Below, piece after piece: positions 35,051 to 44,377 of a DNA stretch of 64,000 nucleotides; the stretch's first letter is position 1; the number at the start of each line of letters is the position of its first letter. A model generated the notes under the pieces. The model ran no database searches. It had not been told where the DNA came from and worked only from the letters and a program-made list of their open reading frames with translations. Location: positions 3,429 to 67,428 of IMG/VR virus record IMGVR_UViG_3300038379_000423; one strand, given 5' to 3'. Origin of the DNA: a virus. Its lineage: Duplodnaviria; Caudoviricetes. Made by a program: the position numbers and the translations under genes.

Positions 35051-38000
35051 AGTACTTCCGCCTTTACACTAAGATTGCTAACTTGACACCCGATAGAAGA
35101 ATCGAACGATTTTACCAAGAGTCGGAACTCCAACTTCCAGGCCGAGACTTCGGCAGAGTCGAGCCTCCTCCAGGAACTCCATACAATCTCGTTAGGGTTA
35201 TTTACATCAACCAGATTATCAGATTCACGGTACTCGAGCCAGGCTTCGGTTGGGGTTCCAACCAGATCCCCATCAATGAGGCCGCCGCTATCGAAGTAGT
35301 CTTCTTCCGGGTCATCAATAAAGTCGTACACGGCATAGGCCTCAGCTAAAAGAAATCCGGTTAGCCTCACATTTCTGATCTGAGTAAAATCCATACCGGT
35401 AGCAAAATTATAAGCCCCTACCGAAACTACGGCGCGTTCCCCTGCTATATCGAAATCAGGAATGGAGTCCCAGTCAAGGTCATCGATGGAGCCGCTATCC
35501 AACAGAAGGACACTGTTCTCAACGCGCATACCCACCTTAGCGCCGGAAAAGGCTGGTTCTTCCACAACTTCCCTAAGAAGGGTAAAGGTAAGTAGGCTGG
35601 CCTGTTTCGTGGAGATTGTCACTACCGGACTAGCATTACCGGATCTATCAAACACCGTTCCAAGGTATGTCCCGGGCTTGAGTGGCAGGACCGTATGAGT
35701 GGCCGATCCCGCAATTGGGGAAGTTCCAATTCCTGTGGCCGCTTGCCAAGTGACTCCCCCGAACAGGGGGCTGTGCCGGAAGACTATTGTGCCACCAAAT
35801 TGCACATCGAGTTCCGGTGGTGCATCCCAGCGCAACTCCGCCCTCCCTCCGGCTACAGACAACGTCAAACCAGTAAGTGCGGTTGGTGGTTCCAAAGCAC
35901 CTACAACCGTGTGCCCATCAAGCCTAGTCGCCACGCTCTGGAAGTAATCAGGGTGTGTGTAAATCAACCGGAAGTCGTACTGCTCGCCACTCTCTAAGCC
36001 TGTAACTATCGCCTGGTTTTCGGTTCTACTGTCCAGAGTAGCCATCTGGAAGTCCGTCGAGGTGCCTGTCTGACGGTAAAGAATCGTCAAACTCGTACCA
36101 GCATGACTTGGCGGACGAAGCTGAAAGATAATCCGAGCCTGCAAAGTGCCATCTGGCGCGAGTATCATGGCTCCTGTGCCAGACGAAACCCCTAAGATCT
36201 CCGGGGATGCCAACTGGCGGGCAGGCCTCACCACTGGTATGTACGACGGTAGCTGGTTCTCCCAATCATACAAATCTGTGCGGTAAATGACGGCCGTAAC
36301 TTTCGCAGAAAAATCTCCGGCATTGGGGATTATCTTGGTGATAACCAGGTCCACACTTTCAGACCCACGCTCCCCAACGAGTATCAGATCTCCTACATTC
36401 GGCCGCAGCCCATTCGTCGTACCAGAAACATTAAAGACGTTGGTGTCTCCTGGAGTAGTATCTACATCCATCTCAAGCACGGGCAACTCAGAAGACCTTA
36501 CCTGAACCCGGTACGATATCCCTGCCTCCATTACCAAGGAGGTGTCGAGGACAAAGGAGGTGACTCTAGATTCATCGACCGAGAGAGTCCTGCCAATTAC
36601 CCTTCCGGCAACCAAACCGATAGCGAGTGTGTCGTGTTGGTAGCGGACCCTGTCCCCACGCTCGTACAGAAGGTACTCGATGCCCTGTTGAAACTCGTAG
36701 AGCTCTCTTCTCAAATAACGATTGGCCAAGGCGTAGCGAGCCTGTTTCATTGCTTGAGTAACACTGTCGATGCCGATCAGTTCTAGTCTTTCAATATCCT
36801 GCGCCGTTTGTTCATTGTATCCATCGGCATACACTAGAACTTCCTCGTTAACCTGCCACCCCTTATCCCTATCCCGGAAAGATAATCTGTAAGCGTGCGG
36901 GAGTTCAGGATACACTAACGAGTACTTGAAGCCGTAAGCATTTACGGGAGATACTACTACAACCGGGCTTGCTTGCGGAAAATCGTAAACTACGCCGTGC
37001 CGGCCGTCCCGCCAGTTGTAGGAACCACGCCCGGCCGCAGCGACTAAAGCTAGCACCTCCTGCACGCTTGTCTTACTGTCTAAGTAGGCATTAAATTCAC
37101 AGCCGGCCACGTCACACAGCTCCGACCACTCCTGTAACCTTATCAGATCAAGCTTGCTATCCGGCATCCTAGCCCTAGGGGCTGCCAGCGGTTCCTGCAT
37201 AATTTGTCGGAATGCCGCCGCCGGATTGGAACTTGGGCCCCATACCCACGCGGTGCCGTTCCAGTGTTGAACAATCCTCTGGGTAGTGATAAAGATGGTA
37301 TCCAGATTGCCGTACAGCTGTTCTGAGGCCCTGATCCTTCCGAAAAGGTAAGCAATCCCGTTAATGGGCACAGGATTGGTATGAGTGACAGTATTTAACC
37401 CAACCCACTTGCTATCATCCGAAGTCCGATCGTCTGTCTGTACCTCCGTTATCCTTTTTAGTCCTATATCGTACTGCCTCGAAGTAGCAAGGACCACCGG
37501 GACGAGCTTCTCGCTCCAAATAAGCGGGGATGTCTGCCTCCCAGTAACTATAAAATTCTTTATAGACCATTCACCGATTACGATCGTATTTCCGACAGCC
37601 GGTGTCAGAGTGCCTCCAATAGGCAGTGGAGTCCTCAGGAAGAATGTACTGCTTTGGCCGGGCCTTGTAACTAAGGGTATGACATGAAATTTTCCCGAAC
37701 CAATACCTAAGGAAGCGGCGTACTCGCGCCCGACCTCCATTGTGGCAGGGGAACTCAGAGTAAAGGCTACGACTTGATTTCCTGAGACAGTCTGGCTAGA
37801 TACACTTCCTGCAACTAATCCGAGGTCGGAGTACTCTCCGCTGGTTTGCGTAGTATTCCTACCGGCCTCAGCGTAACGAAGCTGAAACTCTATCGAGAAG
37901 CTTCTCTTCTCCTGGTTATTCTTCTTTATATTCACTAGGCCCAGCGGAAAATTAAGAAAGAGTACTAACTCATCCGCCTCGGGCTCTGAGGTCCTTTGTG

Positions 38001-39039
38001 TGTAACTAGTAGTCAATACAGCATCAAAGACCTCCGAGGCCACATCCGAGGTATAAAGCTTTGACTGTTTGAATTGGTCCACATCCCACCCATCGGGTAG
38101 GGTACCATCCCCCTTATAGTTTCTCGTAATTGTTTGTCCGGCAGAATACGAAACTCCGCTTACCGCACCAGACCCCACCACCGTGTAATGGTCCCCGAAT
38201 ACTGGGCTCGAGGGGAAGGCCCCGGACGCAGAGTTCCAAGAACCGCGGTCCGTTATCTGGGACAAGTGCCACCCTCTCCGGAACTCTAGATCTACCTCGT
38301 TAAAAGAGGTTATTGGGGTCTCTCCAATCTCAATTTCTAAGTCGTCCACCAAGCCGATAGATACTGCCAAGATAAAATGTAGATATGTAGCGCCTTCCGC
38401 GACCTCTATGTAAGGATTGGCAGCAAAACGTGGCGCAAAACGAAATTTACCGAGCAAGGATCCTATTGCTGCCCAACCCCGCGCCTCATTCCGCGCGCCG
38501 GAGATGGTGTACTGATTAGATTCCTTACCACTATTATCGGAGAGCTCCGCCACGGGGGCCAATGCCATCGAAGCGTAGATATTTAAGCCGGTGCCGATAG
38601 CGAAGGCACCGGCAGCAATGTATGGCAACGCCGCCGCCCAGAAGCCGCCCGCGGCGCCGGCCGTAAGTACCGTGGTAACCACGGCAGCAATAACAAGGAA
38701 TACTAAGGCGACGATTTGGACCGCCTGCTGATTCTCTGCACTTCTACCTCCCCGGGGGACGACGATAAAGGTTACTGTCCTGCCCGGGTTCGCACGTACA
38801 CGGTGCCAGTGCTCGCGTGGAATCGTAAAACCTTCGATATCAGCCACCAGAAAGTTTCTCAACTCTTCTATTGGCTGCACTATCGTCGAAATTTTATCAA
38901 GGGTGTACTCAGCTGGGAAAGACCAAGTTAGGCACTCTGTGGCTAACGGATTAGCCTTGGTGCGCACCCACACCCGCCCGCAAGAAGGTTCCACAGTGCC
39001 ATGCGGCGCGTACTTTGGAAATTTAAGAACCTTGGTCAT
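35047..39039 (-). CDS. Central tail/host-specificity protein (lambda gpI plus gpJ-like)
   Basis: 1330 aa; N-terminal ubiquitin-like VVPRGG plus hydrophobic segment; WGPSSNPA; FN3-like C-terminal domains. Confidence 0.9.
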   Translation of the reverse strand: MTKVLKFPKYAPHGTVEPSCGRVWVRTKANPLATECLTWSFPAEYTLDKISTIVQPIEELRNFLVADIEGFTIPREHWHRVRANPGRTVTFIVVPRGGRSAENQQAVQIVALVFLVIAAVVTTVLTAGAAGGFWAAALPYIAAGAFAIGTGLNIYASMALAPVAELSDNSGKESNQYTISGARNEARGWAAIGSLLGKFRFAPRFAANPYIEVAEGATYLHFILAVSIGLVDDLEIEIGETPITSFNEVDLEFRRGWHLSQITDRGSWNSASGAFPSSPVFGDHYTVVGSGAVSGVSYSAGQTITRNYKGDGTLPDGWDVDQFKQSKLYTSDVASEVFDAVLTTSYTQRTSEPEADELVLFLNFPLGLVNIKKNNQEKRSFSIEFQLRYAEAGRNTTQTSGEYSDLGLVAGSVSSQTVSGNQVVAFTLSSPATMEVGREYAASLGIGSGKFHVIPLVTRPGQSSTFFLRTPLPIGGTLTPAVGNTIVIGEWSIKNFIVTGRQTSPLIWSEKLVPVVLATSRQYDIGLKRITEVQTDDRTSDDSKWVGLNTVTHTNPVPINGIAYLFGRIRASEQLYGNLDTIFITTQRIVQHWNGTAWVWGPSSNPAAAFRQIMQEPLAAPRARMPDSKLDLIRLQEWSELCDVAGCEFNAYLDSKTSVQEVLALVAAAGRGSYNWRDGRHGVVYDFPQASPVVVVSPVNAYGFKYSLVYPELPHAYRLSFRDRDKGWQVNEEVLVYADGYNEQTAQDIERLELIGIDSVTQAMKQARYALANRYLRRELYEFQQGIEYLLYERGDRVRYQHDTLAIGLVAGRVIGRTLSVDESRVTSFVLDTSLVMEAGISYRVQVRSSELPVLEMDVDTTPGDTNVFNVSGTTNGLRPNVGDLILVGERGSESVDLVITKIIPNAGDFSAKVTAVIYRTDLYDWENQLPSYIPVVRPARQLASPEILGVSSGTGAMILAPDGTLQARIIFQLRPPSHAGTSLTILYRQTGTSTDFQMATLDSRTENQAIVTGLESGEQYDFRLIYTHPDYFQSVATRLDGHTVVGALEPPTALTGLTLSVAGGRAELRWDAPPELDVQFGGTIVFRHSPLFGGVTWQAATGIGTSPIAGSATHTVLPLKPGTYLGTVFDRSGNASPVVTISTKQASLLTFTLLREVVEEPAFSGAKVGMRVENSVLLLDSGSIDDLDWDSIPDFDIAGERAVVSVGAYNFATGMDFTQIRNVRLTGFLLAEAYAVYDFIDDPEEDYFDSGGLIDGDLVGTPTEAWLEYRESDNLVDVNNPNEIVWSSWRRLDSAEVSAWKLEFRLLVKSFDSSIGCQVSNLSVKAEVL

Positions 39040-39482
39040 GCGCAGCCCCGCAAATCTTTATGGTACCTGTATACGCACACCAATCTTTTAGAGAGGCGGT
39101 CCAACTTGGACAACACTGAGGACCCCCCAACAATTTCTGAATGTAGCACCTGGCTAGAAGATACGAAAATACCTATATGAACCGGAAGATTCTTAACTTG
39201 ATCGTTGTGCCGAACTATTGTCTTCATGAGAGCGACGTCGAAACAACGATATGGAGGTTCTACCGGCGCCCAATCTTTCTCGCCAGTGCGGATGTGTTCG
39301 GCAGTCTCCTGATGTGTATTGACATCATCGCTGGAGTAGTTCGTTATAGTTAACTTAGCCCTCTCACTCAACACCAGCCGGACCAATCCGTAGCAGTCCA
39401 GCCCATTCTCCTTAGTTCTTCCTCCGCAAAGATACGGAAGACCCACGTACGACTGAACCCAGATAGGAATGGTATCAAGCAT
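39036..39482 (-). CDS. NlpC/P60 tail-tip protein (gpK-like)
   Basis: YVGLPY..GGRT..GLDCYGLV, HIGIF, LH. Confidence 0.9.
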   Translation of the reverse strand: MLDTIPIWVQSYVGLPYLCGGRTKENGLDCYGLVRLVLSERAKLTITNYSSDDVNTHQETAEHIRTGEKDWAPVEPPYRCFDVALMKTIVRHNDQVKNLPVHIGIFVSSSQVLHSEIVGGSSVLSKLDRLSKRLVCVYRYHKDLRGCA

Positions 39483-39952
39483 TATTGAAACAGTCCCGGA
39501 AACTCCCCGCCGTTAAAAATCCTTGGAGGGTAAGGTTCAGACTGAATGTCAAAATCAAGAAGTTCCGCCTCCAAAAAGTTAGAGCTTGTGTCCGCACTAA
39601 TGGATCTCAGTGTAATGCCCTCTAAGGACAGAACCGGGATTTCCGTATCGGAAGCCAGCACTACAATAAAATCTACTACGGGGGCTTCCGTGATTAGCCG
39701 GAACACTTGGAGCACTCGTTGGTCCACAATGTCCACCTGTAGAGTTGCCCTCGGGAGTTGGTCTTCTCCAACAGGCGGGGATTTCAGCTTGAACGGAAAC
39801 GGCTCAAACAGTAATCCTTTGTGAAAAGTGTTTAGACTATCGGATGTCAATAAGATTGGGGGCTCTGTCTCAGCCTTTACCAACAGGATAAATACCTCGG
39901 GGGATTCTACGCTAGTTAAAGCGGTTATCACATTACTGGAAAAATTCCGCAT
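39482..39952 (-). CDS. Minor tail protein (gpL/DUF1833-like)
   Basis: F.PFPF...P....LPRATL.VD.VD, EPYP..F...FPGLF; start set at ATG 39952. Confidence 0.8.
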   Translation of the reverse strand: MRNFSSNVITALTSVESPEVFILLVKAETEPPILLTSDSLNTFHKGLLFEPFPFKLKSPPVGEDQLPRATLQVDIVDQRVLQVFRLITEAPVVDFIVVLASDTEIPVLSLEGITLRSISADTSSNFLEAELLDFDIQSEPYPPRIFNGGEFPGLFQ

Positions 39953-39953
39953 A

Positions 39954-41342
39954 CTAAACCTCCCATTCACACGTTACTTGATAGTAGTGACCAGGATACA
40001 GCGCGGCTACAGGTGGTGTAGTAAATCTCGCTTGCAAGGTACCAAAGACTGGGTGTACCCATGAAAATCTTTTTAGACCTGTAAGAAGAGTCGACGTGTA
40101 GAACTGGTCAAAAATTACGTACTCTTCTTCGGTAAACTCGAAAACCACGGAGAATTTTTTCGGGCTGTTTGTGCCTCTTCTCCTTCTTTTGATCGGATAC
40201 CCTTCGAAGCCGCTGACTACGGCATTCTCGGCCATTTGATGTGCGTACTGGCCTACCAATGGCTGAGCCGGCAGGCTATCTGGCCACACAATTCCTGAAT
40301 CTCCAGAGGCTAGCAAGCTCGCCGACTGTAGTGTAATGTCGGCAGAAAGCAAAGCCTCCGAATTTATGATGGCTGCAAGTTGTGCGGCCTCAAGAGTAAG
40401 ATCTACGACTCCTACTGCGGTTCCAACCGTGATACCGGAGAGGACTGTGGCACTCTCCAAGGAGGTGCTGGCTGTGCCCTGGATCTCCACAGTTCCTGTG
40501 GAGGACACTGTGGCATTATCTGTAGTAGCGAAGAGGTTAATCGAACTCTCTCCGCTCCCTTGCGAACTGAGGGAAACGGCCCCCAAATTTGCCGAAAGTA
40601 CACCGAAGGCTGGGACTTGTGCCTCTGTCTGAAGTTGGCATCCTGCCAATGTCGCGGTAAGAGTGCCTTCGGCGCTGGCTGTACCTAAAAATTCTACGCC
40701 AAGAATTGTTCGAACGCGGTTTACTGCCGAAGATCCGGTGTACTGCTGATTTCCTGTAGATGTCGGGGTATGAGTGCCGAAGTTAGCTCGTACGCCTGAC
40801 GAGTCATTCGTAGAAGCGTGCTCGTCTTGTTCTGTGAGGGGCGAATCTAAGGTGACGCTGGAGTCTTCGTTTGAGGATGAGTGTGCCACAATGACTAAGG
40901 AGTCCGTGGAAGACTCTATATTCAGGGTGGCCGAACAAGAAGTTTGGAACTCGGCCCCACCACCGGCAGTGGACCCGGTCGGATCAGAGGCCTTAATATC
41001 GGAAATCTGCGCTAGGAAAGCAACCGCAGAGCGGACATTAGCCGACCAAGTAACGGCTACCGTCTTATTAGTCTGGTCGCCAGGATTTGCCCAGTAACAA
41101 ATGGCAACGTTCTTGCCAGGCCCCGGGTTGTAGGCCTGTACATTCGTAAAGATGAGGTCGGCGGCCACACTGTTGTAAGTAATGGCCGATACTATCGAAG
41201 AGGAACTTCCGGATACGGAGGCTGCGACTATTACTACTAGGGATCTTCCGGCAGTGTGGGAGATATTAGTTATGTTCCAACTGGAACTGCCGAGAAAACC
41301 CGACTCGGTTTTTGAACTGGACTGTAATGTCGGGCGAGCCAT
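39954..41342 (-). CDS. Distal tail (Dit/gpM-like) domain fused to an N-terminal beta domain and six 21-aa repeats (copy B)
   Basis: C-terminal WPDSLP...RRRRGT...F..FY..L..G..RF.W.HP; position upstream of gpL-like gene. Confidence 0.75.
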   Translation of the reverse strand: MARPTLQSSSKTESGFLGSSSWNITNISHTAGRSLVVIVAASVSGSSSSIVSAITYNSVAADLIFTNVQAYNPGPGKNVAICYWANPGDQTNKTVAVTWSANVRSAVAFLAQISDIKASDPTGSTAGGGAEFQTSCSATLNIESSTDSLVIVAHSSSNEDSSVTLDSPLTEQDEHASTNDSSGVRANFGTHTPTSTGNQQYTGSSAVNRVRTILGVEFLGTASAEGTLTATLAGCQLQTEAQVPAFGVLSANLGAVSLSSQGSGESSINLFATTDNATVSSTGTVEIQGTASTSLESATVLSGITVGTAVGVVDLTLEAAQLAAIINSEALLSADITLQSASLLASGDSGIVWPDSLPAQPLVGQYAHQMAENAVVSGFEGYPIKRRRRGTNSPKKFSVVFEFTEEEYVIFDQFYTSTLLTGLKRFSWVHPVFGTLQARFTTPPVAALYPGHYYQVTCEWEV

Positions 41343-41358
41343 TTCGGGTTTCTCTTAC

Positions 41359-42873
41359 TTACACAACCGAACCATCAGACACAAGTGTCGCTTCGTCCAG
41401 ATAGGTAAAGACGGACCCGATTGGCAGGGTGGGCACTGGTGTGAAGAAGGCCTCCAACTCGAGTTCTACATCGTACAACTTTCCAGATACGGCATTCACG
41501 ATTGGAGGCTGTACAAAAGAGACTGTGGGAATCTCCGAAAGTGTGGGGCGGTACTTCCAGGAGAAGCTCTTTCTTCCTGATTCAAGTGCCGCGTAGTAAA
41601 AGGTTTCGAAATCCGCTAATTGGACGTCCGTCAACCGCAGCCGGCCTTCCACCAGTTTCGGGATATTGGTCTGCCTTCTTCTCCTTAGGGCCGGCCCCCG
41701 CTCCGTAGTTGTTACAATAAGGTTGTCAGCGTGGTGCTCCCGGAAACTATCAAAGGATAGATACACCGGTAGAGTGCCTGGCCATTGAATAGTTTCCGCG
41801 CCGATTACACCAGTTGACACAAGTACGGAGTTCAGTAACGTAACGCCGGCAGAGGCCGCCGTTTCCCGGGTACCTTGTGCTGATAAAACCGCATCAGCTA
41901 GTGTAATAAAAGAATCGGCTAGTGAGACTAGTCCGGTTGTCGCCGCAAGAGTAGCGTCTTGTAACGAAACCTGAACAACCCCTGTCCCGGGTACGGCGCC
42001 TGTTGCCGAGGCTGTAACATCTCCAAGTGTAGGAGTGGCTGTAGCAGATATTTCGGCGAGACTGGAGGCGTACGCCTCGAACCCTACTGCGCCGAGAGTT
42101 ACGTCCAGAGCGGCGCTAACTTCTATGCTGGCCGTCGCACTCAGAGTTGCAGGGGCCAAATTTACGGAGGACGAGCCATCCACTGCTGAAGTCGGTAAAA
42201 ACTCCACTACTAGAAGTGCCGCGTAGTTTGCTACCGCGGCGGAGCAGACATAGTTTTGGTTTCCAGTTGCACTAGGCACATGTGAGCCGAATTTAGCGGC
42301 TGGCCCAAGCGCGTCGGTTGTGGTAGGAATCTCCAGATACTGCAGCGACGTTATAGGGGAATTAAGCGTCAGGTCCGTAACGTCCGCGTTCTCATGACAG
42401 AACCAAACGATTACCAAACTATTTGCTTGCTGTATATTCGCCGTAGCAGTGGCTGATGTAACTGATACGGAAGCCGGCGCCGCCGGCGCCCGTGCAATAG
42501 CCCCGATTTTGGTCCCGGAGGGATGTGCCGAGGTCTCGATATCAAGAGCGAGGGCCGTGCGAATGTTTTTGGAACTATCCGGACCAGACCAAGTAATTGT
42601 CACAGTCTTGTTAGTCTGGGCTCCAGGATTTGCCCAGTAACAGACAGCGACTGTCTTACTCGGGTACCCAACGTTAATGTGCGTGATAATATTATCGGCA
42701 GCTACTCCATTATAAGTGGCCGCCGAAACGGTGAGATCCGCCGGGCTCTGGTAGGCAGTTGCCGCAACCAGCAGTACCAGGGATCTCCCATCGGTATGAT
42801 TACGAGTGAACGACCACGTTTTGGAATTTAGCCAACCCGATAGCCGCTGTCCCCAGGAATGGAGTATCGGCAC
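41359..42873 (-). CDS. Dit/gpM-like domain fused to an N-terminal beta domain and six 21-aa repeats (copy A)
   Basis: WPGTLP...GPALRRRRQT...FETFY...L.SG...F.W; paralogous to copy B (shared CYWANPG, 20 identical bp). Confidence 0.75.
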   Translation of the reverse strand: MPILHSWGQRLSGWLNSKTWSFTRNHTDGRSLVLLVAATAYQSPADLTVSAATYNGVAADNIITHINVGYPSKTVAVCYWANPGAQTNKTVTITWSGPDSSKNIRTALALDIETSAHPSGTKIGAIARAPAAPASVSVTSATATANIQQANSLVIVWFCHENADVTDLTLNSPITSLQYLEIPTTTDALGPAAKFGSHVPSATGNQNYVCSAAVANYAALLVVEFLPTSAVDGSSSVNLAPATLSATASIEVSAALDVTLGAVGFEAYASSLAEISATATPTLGDVTASATGAVPGTGVVQVSLQDATLAATTGLVSLADSFITLADAVLSAQGTRETAASAGVTLLNSVLVSTGVIGAETIQWPGTLPVYLSFDSFREHHADNLIVTTTERGPALRRRRQTNIPKLVEGRLRLTDVQLADFETFYYAALESGRKSFSWKYRPTLSEIPTVSFVQPPIVNAVSGKLYDVELELEAFFTPVPTLPIGSVFTYLDEATLVSDGSVV

Positions 42874-42884
42874 GGAAGTCGCCC

Positions 42885-43361
42885 CTAAGCCGGCGGATCA
42901 ATAAGATCAATCAGAATCGTTAGCCGGGCCTTAATGGCAGTGCAAGACGCTGGCGCCGTCACTACGGCTCGTACCATCCTCCCAGTCCCATCATTACTAA
43001 CGACTTGGTTTTGGGCGAATCTTCCAGCCCCCATCGGCCAGTTTGCCTCGCACCAAAGGATTGCATCATCAATTGCGGAGGATAGGCTGCCCCAAGCGGC
43101 CACTACATCGTATGCTGGATCCCCGGCATCCTCTTGGGCGATCGTAATAATGTTTGGATGCCCCGAAACCTGGGCTATTTTGGCTTTGAGGGCCCCAAGA
43201 TTTTCAAACCACGCTTGGGACAGTTCTACCAAATCAACCGTAAGTGAGTCGCACTGCCCACTTAGGTGCACCATCTGCCGTCGGAAGCTTGCAACATTAC
43301 GCTTTAAGTCCTGGTAAAGCTGTCTAGGACTCGGCGTAGAGTCCGATGTTCTGACGCCCAT
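42885..43361 (-). CDS. Hypothetical helical protein
   Basis: 158 aa in the tail operon. Confidence 0.65.
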   Translation of the reverse strand: MGVRTSDSTPSPRQLYQDLKRNVASFRRQMVHLSGQCDSLTVDLVELSQAWFENLGALKAKIAQVSGHPNIITIAQEDAGDPAYDVVAAWGSLSSAIDDAILWCEANWPMGAGRFAQNQVVSNDGTGRMVRAVVTAPASCTAIKARLTILIDLIDPPA

Positions 43362-43389
43362 GTAACTAGTCCCCTTTTCTTAGCAGGAA

Positions 43390-43797
43390 TTAGGCGTTAC
43401 CGTCGGTCAGCGTGAATGCCGTAATTGTAATCTGCTGGCCAGCAGCAATAGTTACGTTATCAAGGGTCATGTCCCCGCCACCGCCCGTAGCTGTAATCGT
43501 GCCCTGGGCATGGCAGGTAGTGCCATCACTGGCGTACACCCGGAAGTGGGCAGCCGTACCAGCGGCATCTGCTGAAGCATCCTGCCACGTTCCGGACTTT
43601 GCCTTGCTCCCGCTCGATGCCGCTGCCAACCAGTCAGACGGCAAGGAAAGGGTGGACAGAACTGTACCGCTATCCGCAGCGGCACAGTTAGCGGGAGCGG
43701 AGCCCGACCGGATTTTTAGAACGGCAGAAACCCCAACCGTAGTTTCGATAGAATCCAATCGGGCATTTCTCACCGCGACGGAAAATTGCAGCGTCAT
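43390..43797 (-). CDS. Small beta-rich virion-associated protein
   Basis: RNARLD..., LKIRSG..PA, GTAAHFR, GGGDMTLDN..IA.GQ pattern familiar from phage tail regions; A/G/T rich. Confidence 0.7.
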   Translation of the reverse strand: MTLQFSVAVRNARLDSIETTVGVSAVLKIRSGSAPANCAAADSGTVLSTLSLPSDWLAAASSGSKAKSGTWQDASADAAGTAAHFRVYASDGTTCHAQGTITATGGGGDMTLDNVTIAAGQQITITAFTLTDGNA

Positions 43798-43821
43798 TTG
43801 CTTCTACTCCGGTTTAGAAAG

Positions 43822-44028
43822 TTAGTCCGACTTTTCTGCCGCGGCTTTGTCGGCAGCTCGCAGCTCATCAGCATGGGCGGCCACGGCGGCCATAAAGGCA
43901 GCGACTCGCCGGTGCTGTTCCTGGCGCTCTTGTTCGGTTAGCGGCTCCCCCCGTTGATTCAGTTCGATAACCCGCGCGGCAGATGTTAGAAGGGGGACGA
44001 GCCCCGCAATGATAAGTTCAATACCCAC
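43822..44028 (-). CDS. Small protein with hydrophobic N-terminus
   Basis: 68 aa, coupled to the lipoprotein gene. Confidence 0.55.
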   Translation of the reverse strand: MGIELIIAGLVPLLTSAARVIELNQRGEPLTEQERQEQHRRVAAFMAAVAAHADELRAADKAAAEKSD

Positions 44029-44359
44029 CGTACGATCTCCCAGTTACGCCGCTAGCGGCTGTTAAAAATTCCAGCAGTTTTACACGGGCGATTTCTGCAG
44101 CGTTTTCCGTCAAGGGCGCTTCCCGGCAAGTACTGACTGCGGCATCATAAAGGTCGTCTAATTCCGCAAAGGTTTCCGCAGTGATTTTTTGGGCCACACG
44201 CAGGTTAATCACCTGAACCATCGCCTCACCTGTAAAAGCGCAAGCTTGATCGAACCTGGAGCGAGCAGAAACCGGTGTGCCACCAGTTGGTGACATGGCA
44301 CAACCGAGTAGCAGAAAGACTACACTGCCACTGAGTAGACATCTTACCACTTCGCGCAC
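44018..44359 (-). CDS. Lipoprotein (possible spanin-like component)
   Basis: Lipobox LLLG-C; GGAGG RBS. Confidence 0.65.
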   Translation of the reverse strand: MREVVRCLLSGSVVFLLLGCAMSPTGGTPVSARSRFDQACAFTGEAMVQVINLRVAQKITAETFAELDDLYDAAVSTCREAPLTENAAEIARVKLLEFLTAASGVTGRSYGGY

Positions 44360-44377
44360 CTCCTATTGAGTCCACAC

